This document shows, in pieces, positions 11,491 to 24,063 of a stretch of 64,000 bases of DNA. Below the pieces are notes generated by a model. That model saw only the letters and a program-made list of their open reading frames with translations. It was not told where the DNA came from and searched no databases. The DNA lies in contig NC_086097.1 in the NCBI RefSeq assembly GCF_963921235.1, positions 220,288,001-220,352,000 on the forward strand. The letters run 5' to 3'. The position numbers were made by a program, and so were the translations under genes. This stretch comes from Mobula hypostoma. Taxonomy: Eukaryota. The number at the start of each line of letters is the position of its first letter. Within the stretch, counting starts at the first letter, position 1.

Positions 11491-14045
11491 TGGCACACAG
11501 TGTAGGGGTTAGCGCAATGCTTTACAGTACCAGTGAACTGGGTTTCAATTCTCACTGCTGCCTGTAGGAAATCTGTACGTTCTCCCTGACACTGTATGAG
11601 GTTCTTTCTTGTGCTCCAGTTTCCTCCCACAGTCCAAAACTGCGCTGGTGATAGGTTAATTGGTCATTGTAAATTGTCCCATAATTAGAACATAAAACAT
11701 AGAATTGTACAGCACAGTACAGGCCCTTCGGACCACAATGTTGTGCCAACCCTCAAACCCTGCCTCCCATATAAGCCCCCACCTTAGATTCCTCCATATA
11801 TCTGTCTAGTAGTCTCTTAAACTTCACTAGTGTATCTGCCTCCACCACTGACTCAGGCAGTGCATTCCATTCACCAACCACTCTCTGAGTAAAAAACCTT
11901 CCTCTAATATCTCCCTTGAACTTCCCACCCCTTACCTCAAAGCCATGTCCTCTTGTATTGAGCAGTGGTGCCCTGGGGAACAGGCGCTGGCTATCCACTC
12001 TATCAATTCCTTTTATTATCTTGTACACCTCTATCGTGTCTCCTCTCATCCTCCTTCTCTCCAAAGAGTAAAGCCCTAGCTCCCTTAATCTCTGATCGTA
12101 ATGCATACTTTCTAAACCAGGCAGCATCCTGGTAAATCTCCTCTGTACCCTTTCCAATGCTTCCACATCCTTCCTGAGGTGACCAGAACTGGACACAGTA
12201 CTCCAAGTGGGGCCTAACCAGAGTTTTATAGAGCTGCATCATTACATCGCGACTCTTAAACTCTATCCCTCTACTTATGAAAGCTAACACCCCATAAGCT
12301 TTCTTAACTACCCTATCCACCTGTGAGGCAACTTTCAGGGATCTGTGGACATGTACCCTGAGATCCCTCTGCTCCTCCACACTACCAAGTATCCTGCCAT
12401 TTACTTTGTACTCTGCCTTGGAGTTTGTCTTTCCAAAGTGTACCACCTCACATTTCTCCGGGTTGAAATCCATCTGCCACTTCTGCATCCTATCAATGTC
12501 TCTCTGCAATCTTCGACAATCCTCTACACTATCTACAACACCACCAACCTTTGTGTCGTCTGCAAACTTGCCAACCCACCCTTCTACCCCCACATCCAGG
12601 TTGTTAATAAAAATCACAAAAAGTAGAGGTCCCAGAACAGATCCTTGTGGGACACCACTAGTCACAATCCTCCAATCTGAATGTACTCCCTCCACTACCA
12701 ACCTCTGCCTTCTGCAGGCAAGCCAATTCTGAATCCACCTGGACAAACTTCCCTGGATCCCATGCCTTCTAACTTTCTGAATAAGCCTACCGTGTGGAAC
12801 CTTGTCAAATGCCTTACTAAAATCCATATAGATCACATCCACTGCACTACCCTCATCTGTATGCCTGGTCACCTACTCAAAGAACTCTATCAGGCTTGTT
12901 AGACACGATCTGCCCTTCACAAAGCCATGCTGACTGTCCCTGATCAGACCATGATTCTCTAAATGCCTATAGATCCTATCTCTAAGAATCTTTTCCAACA
13001 GCTTTCCCACCACAGACGTAAGGCTCACTGGTCTATAATTATCCGGACTATCCCTACTACCTTTTTTGAACAAGAGAACAACATTTGCCTCCCTCCAATC
13101 CTCCGGTACCATTCCCGTGGACAACGAGGACATAAAGATCCTAGCCAGAGGCTCAGCAATCTCTTCTCTCACCTCGTAGAGCAGCCGGGGGAATATTCCG
13201 TCAGGCCCCGGGGACTTATCTGTCCTAATGTATTTTAACAACTCCAACACCTCCTCTCCCTTAATATCAACATGCTCCAGAACATCAACCTCACTCATAT
13301 TGTCCTCACCATCATCAAGTTCCCTCTCATTGGTGAAAACAGAAGAGAAGTATTCATTGAGGACCTCGCTCACTTCCACAGCCTCCAGGCACATCTTCCC
13401 ACCTTTATCTCTAATCGGTCCTACCTTCACTCCTGTCATCTTTTGTTCTTCACATAATTGAAGAATGCCTTGGGGTTTTCCTTTACCCTACTCGCCAAGG
13501 CCTTCTCATGCCCCCTTCTTGCTCTTCTCAGTCCCTTCTTAAGCTCCTTTCTTGCTTCCCTATATTCCTCAATAGACCCATCTGATCCTTGCTTCCTAAA
13601 CCTCATGTATGCTGCCTTCTTCCTCCTGACTTGATTTTCCACCTCACTTGTCACCCATGGTTCCTTCACCCTACCATTCTTTATCTTCCTCACCGGGACA
13701 AATTTATCCCTAACATCCCGCAAGAGATCGCTAAACATCGACCACATGTCCATAGTACATTTCCCTGCAAAAACATCATCCCAATTCACACCCGCAAGTT
13801 CTAGCCTTATAGCCTCAGAATTTGCCTTACCCCAATTAAAAATTTTCCTGTCCTCTCTGTTTCTATCCTTTTCCATGATAATGCTAAAGGCCAGGGAGCG
13901 GTGGTCACTGTCCCCCAGGTGCTCACCCACTGAGAGATCTGTGTCCTGACCCGGTTCATTAGCCTAGAATTAAATCCAGGGACGGCTGGGCAGCATGGCT
14001 GGAAGGGCCAGAAGGGCCATTCTGTGCTGTATCTCAATAAATAAA
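11490..14045 (+). mobile_element. V-SINE (HE1-like, CR1-type tail) split by a CR1 insertion; SINE parts about 11490-11688 and 13958-14045
   Basis: V-domain CTCCAGTTTCCTCCCACAGTCCAAA...GGTTAATTGGTCATTGTAAATTGTCCC before the insertion; resumes ATTAGCCTAGAATTAAAT...GAAGGGCC...CTGTGCTGTATCTCAATAAATAAA. Confidence 0.7.
11689..13957 (-). mobile_element. CR1 LINE, 5'-truncated young copy (ORF2 from the end of EN through RT)
   Basis: ORFs 13436-13930, 12873-13439, 12003-12872 (VIYMDFSKAFDKVPH, SGVPQGSVLGP, KFADD) and 11753-12196; (CTATGTT)-type tail; ATTAG at both junctions. Confidence 0.96.
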
Positions 14046-14929
14046 CCTGATTCAGTATCTGAACCCCACGCTACCCCACAGAGAATACAACAGGTACAGC
14101 CCATTGATATGTGAATGGGCCATTTTTACATGCGAGCTATTTAGCCCTGGGGAAGATAGTCTTATGGGGATGACCATTATCACAGTCATTGTCATGATTA
14201 CCTGCGAAACTGCTACAGCCCTATATACTATATCAGGTTGGAGCGGTGAACACCAGCATTAGAAGGAAGGGGGAGGGGAGTGGTTCGTAGATAAATTTAC
14301 CCTCTTTGACTATTTTTGGACCTGCTTTGTTAATTCCAAGTGACATTTATTGATGCATTAAGCTTACCACCCCGTCCATTCATCACGAGGACAACTGCGA
14401 GGCCAGTGCATTTGTGATCAGTCGTGCAGTAATACCTTGCCGTATACATGCTCTTATCAGCAGATTGTGCACCAGGGACTTGATTATTGGACTTCTGCTC
14501 CTGCACTAAGGCCATCATTGGCAACCTTCCTTTCATCCACCCTTTCATACTAATCCAGTATAACTGCCCTCAAACCATAGACCAGGAAATCTAAATTTTT
14601 AATCAAGTATATAAATGAATGTCTGTGGTGCAGTGGGTCACAAATGAGGTGCAGCAATCAAGTTGTTTGACCTCAGGCTTAAGGACCCAACTCTCATAAG
14701 TTCTAAGTGATTTCTTATTGATAATCAAAGCTGAATAAATGAGATAAGTTAGAATATGAAATACGTTTTATTAATGGAGTTGACTGTTTATGAAATGCTG
14801 GAAATCGCTGATGAGCATCATGAGACTGTAGAGAAGATTGAGATGTATAGCAGGGATAATAAAGTACAGGACTGGAATTCAACACTCACTCTTTTTAAAT
14901 TACTGACAGGATGCTCTATGTGAAGAAAA

Positions 14930-15190
14930 GAAAAATAAATGATTTGGATTTATGTAAGTTTTTTTTTGTGATGTCAGGTCAGATTGTCCTAAAATGTTTC
15001 ACATTCATGGAAGTATTTTTGAATGCAATCCACAGCCGATATAAAACAAATCTCTGAGAGCCAATTTATGCAAACAAACACCTTCAGATTGTGTGAAGTC
15101 AATGAAGAAAATCTTTTTCTTTAATAATTGTGGTCAAGGATTGAATATCGGTCTGGGCACTGGGGGGAATTCTTACCTTCTTTGAAATAC
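14930..15190 (-). mobile_element. Deu-domain SINE (SacSINE1/AmnSINE1-related), old
   Basis: Reverse complement reads GGAATTCCCCCCAGTGCCCAGACCGATATT...GCATAAATTGGCT...CAAAAATACTTCCATGAATGTGAAACATTTTAGGAC, resembling the Deu core as I recall it. Confidence 0.55.
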
Positions 15191-15779
15191 TTTGTGGAAG
15201 ATACAACTCATTTTGACTATTGAGCCCAGTTTAATTCTCTCACATAACCCAGGATATTGAAGACCTTAAGAAATCCCAGAGGGAGAACTGCCAAAATGTT
15301 ACTTAATTGCATTTTTTTTAGTTATCTGGACAGGACAATGGTGTCAGGATCCCCACAAAAATATAAAAGGGACAAATAGCTCTGGCTTTTCCAACATAAT
15401 ATAGCAAAAAAAATACAGCTATTCTATGGTCTGTATTCAAACAGATCTCACTCTCTTCCATGTTCTAATTTCCTTGGATCATTTTTTTGTTGTTTCCTGA
15501 TATATGGCTAAAACAGTCATGCGTCTTTAAGATATGCAAATTAAGAAAATTAAGATTTATAACTTAAGCAGTTAGAGGAGCTTTATTCATCGTTCACTGG
15601 AGTCAGTAGGGCTGGGATTCATAATGCAGGATATTCAGTGGTGCTGGGATCATTATCGTCCAGTCAATATTAAAAAAATGCACAATGTTCAGATAAGAAG
15701 TCAATGCTCCTCCAATTTGAAAGATTAGTTATAAATTCATAATCGTACCACAGGCCATTCACTTCGAATCCACTTCAAG

Positions 15780-16260
15780 CACCCATATATACTAATTTAT
15801 TTGTTAACTGAGATACAATGTGGAACTTAAAGCTGCGCTGCCCAACCCCCTAACCCAATGATCTTTGGACTGTGGGTGGAAATCAGAGCACCCAGAGGAA
15901 ACCCTCGTGGTTACAGGGAGAAGGTACAAACTCCTTACAGACAGCAGTGGGAATTGAACCCCGGTTACTGGTACTGTAAGAGAGTTGTGCTAACCACTAT
16001 GCTACCATCCTGCCCAGTTAGACTTTTTTCCCCCATTCCCATCAGTTCCCCCAGATGCTATCATTCACGTGTACACTGGGGACAGTTTACCGTGGCCAGT
16101 TAACCAACCGATCCACACACCTTTGGAATTTGGGAGGAAACCAGTCACGGAGAGAGCATGTAAAAACTCCAAACAGTCAGCGCCGGAGGTCAAGATTGGT
16201 CATGGCCAGGTGGAACTGTGTCAGGCAGCAGTTCCATCAGCTGGGCCACTGTGTCAGCCT
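15780..16260 (-). mobile_element. Two adjacent minus-strand V-SINE fragments
   Basis: GGACTGTGGGTGGAAATCAGAGCACCCAGAGGAAACCC is the reverse complement of the V-domain; second decayed copy at 16030-16260. Confidence 0.6.
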
Positions 16261-16404
16261 CAGCACTCACAATGTCCTCCCTCTGTTAACCTGCCACTCC
16301 TCCTCCTTTCCTCAGCAGCACTGCAGAGAGGGAGGTCTCCCTGCTCAGATTATGTGCTTGCTCAAAGCATAAAGTGGGAGTGGACAAGGGAACCAAGTGC
16401 AATA

Positions 16405-16660
16405 CTGGCAGCATAGCAGTTAACATCACATTATAACCGCGCCAGAGATGTGGGTTCAATTCCCGTCACTGCCTGTAGACAGTTTGTACTTTCTCCCCGT
16501 GACGGCACGGGTTTCTTCTGGGTACTCTGGGTACATCCCACGTTTCAAGTGCACACAGGTGAGCAGGCTAATTGGTCACTTGGGTATAATCGGTTACGTA
16601 GACTCGCACCGGAAGGGCTGGTAGCCGTGCTGTACCTCGAAGTAAAGATGAAGTTAATAA
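16405..16660 (+). mobile_element. V-SINE
   Basis: GGGTTCAATTCCC B-box; TTTGTACTTTCTCCCCGTGAC...GGGTTTCTTCTGGGTACTCTGG V-domain. Confidence 0.65.
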
Positions 16661-17589
16661 CTCACGCTAAATGGAGACACAACAGACTGCAGACGCAGGA
16701 ATCCGAGCAACAAACAAGATGCTGAAGGTCAGGCAAACTATTAATGAAACCACATCCATCTAATGCACGGATGTGCAAATTGATAACCTAGGGTTCAAAA
16801 ATTTTCTCAGATTTTCAAAACATGGAAAAATTAGCAAACTTTATATTTTTCAAATGATATTATTTAATTTACATTATTCTACCAGATAACCAATATTAGG
16901 CTTTGGTTATTAGGACATTAGCCATAACAAGGTGCCTAATACCAAAATTCAGGTATTTATTTTTCTTGTAGGGCTATTGCATATTAAGCAGAGGGGGACC
17001 ATATTTAATATTTTCCCTTTTCCACTGCTACAGCATTCCTACCCCAGAATTTCTGTGTCACTTCCCAGTAAGAGCTGATGCTGTATATAATAAACAGAAT
17101 GTTATTGTGACAAAGACGGCAATAGAAAGTCTGAATTATACCTCAGAGAGTGTCTACAGCTTAAAGAATTTAACAAGGCCGTATCTATTACTTGTGCTAT
17201 TGCTTTACAAAATTAATTACTTCCTTTCCATTTGCCTGCCAAGTGCCAGTTTTTTTTTTTGCTAGTGTACACCGGACATTGGCCAAGGACACTGGGGCAA
17301 AGTCAGCCTGGAGCATCTGCGGCCTTTCAACAGTGGGTTGTCTTCTTACCTGCTCTCTCCACAGAAACATGAAGAACATGAGGGAGAAGTGAAGCCAGCC
17401 ACTGGGAATTTGAAAGCTTGCACTTTCTGACACGATGTGAAAATGAAGAGAACAAACTCAGGGAAGCCCTGAAGTAGACGTGCAGACAATATAATCTAAG
17501 GGTAACTTAATACTACACTGTGCTACGCTCTCCCCTCAGCAGCACAGGGAAGTCCATTGAATGCAGGAGTAGTTGCACGCCTCCTGGCA

Positions 17590-19318
17590 AAAGACCGTAA
17601 GCTATACGAGCAGAATTAGGCCATTTGGCCCATTGAGTCTGCTCCACCATTTCATCATGGCTGATCCAATTTTCTTCTCAGCCCCAATTCCCTGCCTTCT
17701 CCCCATATCCTTTCATGCGCTGAAAAAAAACAAGAATCTATCAACCTCTGCCCTAAATATATATAAAGGCTTCATCGCCACAGTCGCCTGTGGCAAAGAA
17801 TTCCACAGATTCACCACTCTCTGGTGAAAGAAATTCCTCCTCATCTCCATTCTAAAAAGATGCCCCTCCATTCTGCGGCTGTATCCTCTGGTCTTAGCAC
17901 CCACCACAGCAAACATTGTCTCCTGATCCACTCTAATAATGCTTTTCACTATTTGATAGGTTTCAATGAGGTCACCCCTCATTCTTCTGAGTACCAGCGA
18001 ATACAGGCCTAGAACCACCAAACGCTCTTCACATGACAGACCATTCAATGCAGGAAGCATCTTCGTGAACCTCTGTTGAACCTTCTCCAGTTTCAGCACG
18101 TCCTTTCTAAGATAAGGGGCCCAAACCTGCTCACGATACTCTAGGTGACGCCTCAACAGTGCTTTATGAAATCTCAACATTACATCCTTGCTTTTATATT
18201 CTAGTCCTCTTGAAATGAATGCTAATATTGCATTTGCCTTCCTCACCACAGACTCAACCTGCACATTGACCTTTAGGGAATCCTGCACAAGGGCCCCCCA
18301 AGTCCCTTTGCAGCTCAGTTTTTTGTATTTTCTCTCCATTTAGATAATAGTCACCCCTTTCATTTCTTCTACCAAAGTGCATGACCATACATTTCCCAAT
18401 ACTGTACTCCATCCGCCATTTCTTTGCCCATTCTTCTAATTTGTCTGTCCTTCTGTAGCCTCTCTACTTCCTCAAAACTACCTGCCCCTCCACCTATCTT
18501 CATATTGTTTGCAAACTTTGCAACAAAGCCATCAATTCTATCATCCAATTAACTGACACATAACATAAAAAGAATCAATCCCAGCACACACCCCTGTGGA
18601 ACAGCACTGGTCACCAGCTGCCAGCCAGAAAAGGCTCCCTTTATTCCCAGTCTTTGCCTCCTGCCAATCAGCCACTGCTTTATCCATGCTAGAATCTTTC
18701 CTGTAATACCATAGGCTTGTAGCTTCTTAAGTAGCCTCATGTGTGACACCTTGTCAAAGGCCTTATGAAAATCCAAGTACACAACATCAACCGATTCTCC
18801 TGTGTCAATCCTGCTTGTTATTTCTTCAAAGAATTCCAGCAGATTTGTCAAGCAAGATTTTCCTTTGAGGAAATCATTCTGACTATGACCTGCTTTATCA
18901 TGTGCCTCCAAGTACCCTGAGACCTCATCCTTAATAATCAATTCCAACATCTTCCCAACCACTGAGGTCAGACTAACTGGACTATAGTTTCCTTTCTTCT
19001 GCCTCTCTCTCTTCTCGAAGAGTAGAGTGACATTTGCAATTTTCCAGTCTTTCCTAACTATTCCAGAATCAAGTGATTCTTGAAAGATCATTACTAATGC
19101 CTCCACAATCTCTTCAGCCACCTATTTCAGACCTTTGGGATTTCCACCATCTGGTCCAGGTGACTTATCCACCTTCAGACCTCCCAGTTTCCCAAGAACT
19201 TTCTCTCTAGTTATGGTAAGTTCACACATTTCTTGCCCCCGACACCTGGAACTTCCACCATACTGCTAGTGTCTTCCATGGTGAAGACTGATGCAAAATA
19301 CTTATTCAGTTCATCAGC
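17590..19318 (-). mobile_element. CR1 LINE ORF2 fragment
   Basis: ORFs 18549-19121 (VDVVYLDFHKAFDKVSH, SAVPQG) and 17713-18339 (CR1 C-terminus). Confidence 0.93.
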
Positions 19319-19889
19319 CCTCAACCTTGTATTCCACCTCCTTCAGGTTTGGCCTTCCAGAGTGTGTCCCTTCACACTTTTCCAGACTGAACTCCATCTC
19401 AGCCCAGCTCAGTTCTTCATCGACGTCTCGTTGTAACCTACAACGACTTTCTACACTGTCCGCAATACCATCAACCTTTGTGTTGATGGTATAAATAAAG
19501 AAATTCCATTTCCACTAACAAGGGCTTGATAACCAGAAAACTGGGATTTTAGATTATATTGCAGGGCGGGGATGAAAGTGTGCGTAATGAGGTATTCCAG
19601 TCTGCAAGTTCAAACAGGATTGGATATGTAGCTGAAAACCTGAGTTATTTTGGGGAATATTCAGCATTAGTTCTACACTTCTGATTTCAAATACTTGCAG
19701 CATTTTGTTCTCATTTGAGAAAGACGGGTCCTAAGGGAAGAAGCAGAGGCACTGGAAAAGTGAACTGGATCATGGAAGAGCCATTACAGAAGGAAAGGGC
19801 AGTATAGTTTCCCTCCATGTTATACCTAATTGTGACTTGAACATGGCAAAAGTTAATTGACAGAGGACAACTTTCAGACCGGGACTCAC

Positions 19890-20048
19890 TTGACTGCTGA
19901 AGTAGATACGCCTGAGGGGAATTTCGGGGCAAAGTGTCAAAGGCCAGCAGCTTCGCCTGTTCACCTCCTGATGTAGGCCGTATGCGGGCATGCTGTGTTT
20001 CAGGCACATAGTCTCGGAGCAGTGATTTATCTGTTCCCATGTCTTGTC
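19890..20048 (-). CDS. Candidate internal coding exon of an unidentified host gene (159 nt, phase 1-1)
   Basis: Acceptor ...CATTCACTTTGACACAG and donor AA|GTGAGT; length divisible by 3; open frame (G)QDMGTDKSLLRDYVPETQHARIRPTSGGEQAKLLAFDTLPRNSPQAYLLQQS in non-repeat sequence. Confidence 0.45.
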
Positions 20049-21149
20049 CTGTGTCAAAGTGAATGATTGAGCAACAGTAAAATTCACATGAAAATAGAAA
20101 GCATTTAGAGCACTGGGTCAAGCTCTTTGGGATAAGCTCTTCTGTTTATTGATATGTACATTCATAAACAAAGCTCTCTGGGGTGTTTTATGCAGTGGAT
20201 TAAATTTAATGAATGGTAAACTGGAGCTCAGACCCTCAGTGGAGAACACATTCAAAGATCAGTTCATCTCTCCATCCAACGGGAACAGATTTATTCTTTT
20301 TCTTTGGTCTAGCAGGTGCAGCAGTAATCTTTTCTCCTTCCAGCCACACGTTGGAAATTCCTTACTGCCTGACACACAGTGGTATTTATTTTCAGTGGCA
20401 GTTCCTGGCTGGTGTGTTCAATGGTAGCTACTTGTTTTAGTGATAGTTATTCGTTAGAGACCTTGTTCCTTTTTTGCGAAAAATGAAGACAAAACTGGTT
20501 ATGGCACAGCACAGAATGAAACAAGTCAGGCTTTGTCTTTGTGATAAAATTTAATGCTAAACTCCACCATACTACTCCCCTTCCGAAAGGACGATATCTC
20601 CCCCACTCCCATAACCCAGTGTTCTCCGCAATGTATGGCATCCTTCCCGCGGTCCTGCATCCTCATGTCCTTCACTTATTTGGTTTTTCCTAAAAGATGC
20701 AGCAGTCTTTGCCTTATCCATTCCTGAGGCAACGTGGGCCAGTACTGGAACCCTGGCTTTGAAAGTTATCCATGGCATGAATGGTGCATAAACCAATGAT
20801 GTGAATGTGTATGCACCTCCACTATAAAACAAGCGTGGGAGAACTCAGAGAGCAGTCAGATCACAGGCCCTAGGGTGAAGATTGCAGCTGGTAGAGACCT
20901 GGAGGAAGGGCGTATAGAATCCGAGCTTCAGGCAGTGGAAAAGCACAAGGACCTCGAGGGTTGGGTATAGAGTTCATGGGGAGGGGGACAGTCTCTTGTG
21001 GTATGAAATTCAGGATCACATTGATATCAGGGACTGGAAGAGCTCACCAACAAGGGGAAGTAGAAAACTATAAGTGGGATAGGTAGTTGTAGATGGACCT
21101 GCCTTCCTGGGATCTCCCACCCCTACACACCCTACCTTAGCTTTATCCA

Positions 21150-21980
21150 GAAGAAGTTGGCGCCAGAGAACAACACAACCAAGGGTGGCATCCCCCAGAT
21201 AGTTCACAAAACTACTTCTTTCAGTTCTTTTACGTCTTTTTTTTTCTTCCAAATGTGGTTCTGCTTCTGTTGGAGCCTGTGTTCTACAGTGTGTTTTCAG
21301 TCCAATTGAGTGATCTGGCACTATGGTGACTCTGAGAGGGTTCCGTGAGGCTTCGAGTGAAGCGTGCAGCCTTGAAGCCAAGAAGCCTAGAGTAAGGGTG
21401 TAAGCCCGCTATTGACCATTTCTCGCTGATTAAAGTGCCAAGGAAGATTGAAATCAACAAGGTGAGAGTGAAAGTTGAGTAAGTGTTTGGTGAAGTCTAC
21501 CAGCCTCTTGCTCGCTGAGGCCAGAGGAAGGTGTCTATGTGTAACAGCCTCTCTCTCTCTCTCTCTCTCTCTTTCTCCCTCCCTCCCTCCCTCTGACTTG
21601 CTGCTCCCAGGGGAAGATCCCTGTGTTCTGGGCAAGGTTTAATCAATGCTGTTTATGGATTGGACTCTGTAGTTCACATTGTGACATGTTTCTGGTTTCT
21701 GGTCACTCATTTTTTTGTTGCTATTTTGGGTGACTTTGAATCGGGGTGGCCTACAAATAATGAACCCTCAGCTGGACTGGACTCTTTTGATTTTGTGTTT
21801 TATATTCTGTGTTATTCACTCGTTTGTTTTTGTTGCAGTTTACACAATTTGTTTTTTTTTTGCATGTTGTGGGGGTGGTAGTTGATGTTTTTCTTTGTTT
21901 CATGGCTGTCTGTGGGAAGATGAATCTCAGGGTTGTACGCTGCACACATACTTTGATAATAAATGTACTTTGAACCTTTA
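21150..21980 (+). mobile_element. Non-coding element with Rex/Babar-type 3' tail
   Basis: Begins AAGTTGGCGCCAG; internal (CT)n; ends TGAATCTCAGGGTTGTA...TTTGATAATAAATGTACTTTGAAC, like the Rex tail at 10250-10320. Confidence 0.55.
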
Positions 21981-22240
21981 TTTGTTACGTAACATGCAGT
22001 GAAATAGGTCATCTGCGTCAAATCAAATCAGCGATGATTGTGTTGGGCAGCTCACATATATTGCTACACTTCCAATTGCCGACTTAGCATGCCACAAATC
22101 ACTAACCGGAGAAGTACATCCTTGGAATAAGGCAGGAAACCAAAGCACCCTGAGGAAACCCTTACAGTCACAGGGGGAGCATACAAACCCCTTACAGGCA
22201 GCAGTGGGATTTGAACCCCAATCAGTGATCACTAGCTCAG
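21975..22240 (-). mobile_element. V-SINE with Rex-type tail
   Basis: Reverse-complement similarity to 8775-9090 (GGAAACCAAAGCACCCTGAGGAAACCC; GGGATTTGAACCC). Confidence 0.6.
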
Positions 22241-22825
22241 CTCACGACCCTGCTCGACTGCTACCAACCACCAGTCTACTAATCTGAATTCCCCTTCCCT
22301 GGCACCATAGCCTCATTCCTTCACCACTGACTATTGATTATCAATCCACACCCTTCACTCATCACCAGTCATAAGTTCAAACAAACCTTCAGCGGCATCT
22401 TCATTTCAATCCATGGACCAGAGTCTCATCCAGCCTTCTTACAAACTGCCAGAACAACATCTCCACCAATATATAGGACCAGCACTCCCACCAACCAGTC
22501 CAGACACCCATCACTGTCAATGCTGCTCCCACAGAGGTGAAGTACATGAATAGCCTTTCTCAGTATCAGGCCACCTTTGTGCCTCAGTCCATTTTCCAGA
22601 GGGAGGACCTCGAGCTGTGCATTTGTTTGTACACACAGCCACCAGTTTAGCAGGACTAAAAGGCCAATATCTAAAATCTAGCCCGTTACATAGATAGAAT
22701 TGCTTGTGGATATTGCATTTGATATTGGCCTATTACATGACTTCGGTATTAGTTGGCCAGGAACCCCAATCAGGAAGCTGGAGTGAAAACTTAAAAAATG
22801 CCTTGTTGGTCAATTACAATAGAAA

Positions 22826-23525
22826 CATCAGTCACTGAAAGCAAGCATGCAAGTACAGCAGGCAGTGAAGAAAGCTAATGGTATGCTGGCCTTCATAACA
22901 AGGGGAATTCAGTAGAAGAGCAAAGAGGTCATTCTGCAGCTATACAGAGCCCTGGTGAGACCACACCTGGAGTACTGTGTGCGGTTTTGGTCTCCAAATT
23001 TGAGGAAGGACATTCTTGCTATTGAGGGAGTGCAGCGTAGGTTCACAAGGTTAATTCCTGGGATGGCGGGACTGTCATATGTTGAAAGATTGGAGCGACT
23101 GGGCTTGTATACTCTGGAATTTAGAAGGCTGAGAGGGGACCTTATTGAAACATATAAGATTATTAAGGGATTGGACACACTGGAGGCAGGAAGTATGTTC
23201 CCGCTGATGGGTGAGTCCAGAACCAGAGGCCACAGTTTAAGAATTAGGGGTAGGCCATTTAGAACGGAGTTGAGGAAAAACTTTTTCACCCAGAGAGTGG
23301 TGGATGTATGGAATGCTCTGCCCCAGAAGGCTGTGGAGGCCAAGTCTCTGGATGCTTTCAAGAAAGAGATGGATAAAGCTCTTAAAGATAGCGGAATCAA
23401 AGGTTATGGGGATAAGGCAGGAACTGGATACTGATTGTGGATGATCAGCCATGATCACAGTGAATGGCGGTGCTGGCTCGAAGGGCCGAACGGCCTACTC
23501 CTGCACCTATTGTCTATTGTCTATT
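22826..23525 (+). mobile_element. CR1 LINE 3' fragment
   Basis: ORF 22955-23434 RPHLEYCVRFWSP...RRLRGDLIETYKI; tail CTATTGTCTATTGTCTATT. Confidence 0.95.
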
Positions 23526-24063
23526 AAAATAAAATGGAAGAATATGCTTAAAAGCATGCCAATAGTGGAAATTCAGCATACTAGGAGAGTTAAGAGTGGA
23601 GCAGGAAGGAACTATAAAGAGCTTCAAAAACAAGAATTTAAAGCAAAACTTTGTCAAGGCATTGACAAAGATCCATAAAGAAGATATATTGTGAGAATGT
23701 AAAGTGTGTGGAATTAAAGACAGGTTTGTAGTGTAAATCATAGGCCAGAAACTGTTGGTGGCATCAGAGTTGGTAAAGTGGACACACAGCCTAGTTGGTG
23801 GTTAAGGCAGGAGAAAATGGAAAATCACCAGAGTGTTGCTAGTCCAAAAAAGGCATACTGCACAAAAATGTGGTCTTATTCACTTTTATATAGGTAACTG
23901 AAGGAGAATCACCTACTTACTTTGATGCACAAGTAAACCATTCAGCCTACTGGATCCCAGAAGTTCTAACTCAATCCCTTTCTCTATTTTCGCATCTTTG
24001 TGCAGTTTACTTCCTCTCACACATCTGCCAACTCTCTGATTCGTTTTCCTATTTACCCACACT

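Noticed and set aside
14368..14450. GLAVVLVMNGRG resembles a caspase p20 start
   Set aside because: No downstream SHG or QACRG exons found; the similarity is too short
20572..20832. 86-aa minus-strand ORF behind a possible acceptor
   Set aside because: No donor or phase link to the 20048 exon; no recognisable protein
22909..23400. 163-aa minus-strand ORF, and similar ORFs antisense to other CR1 copies
   Set aside because: Antisense shadow frames of CR1 ORF2
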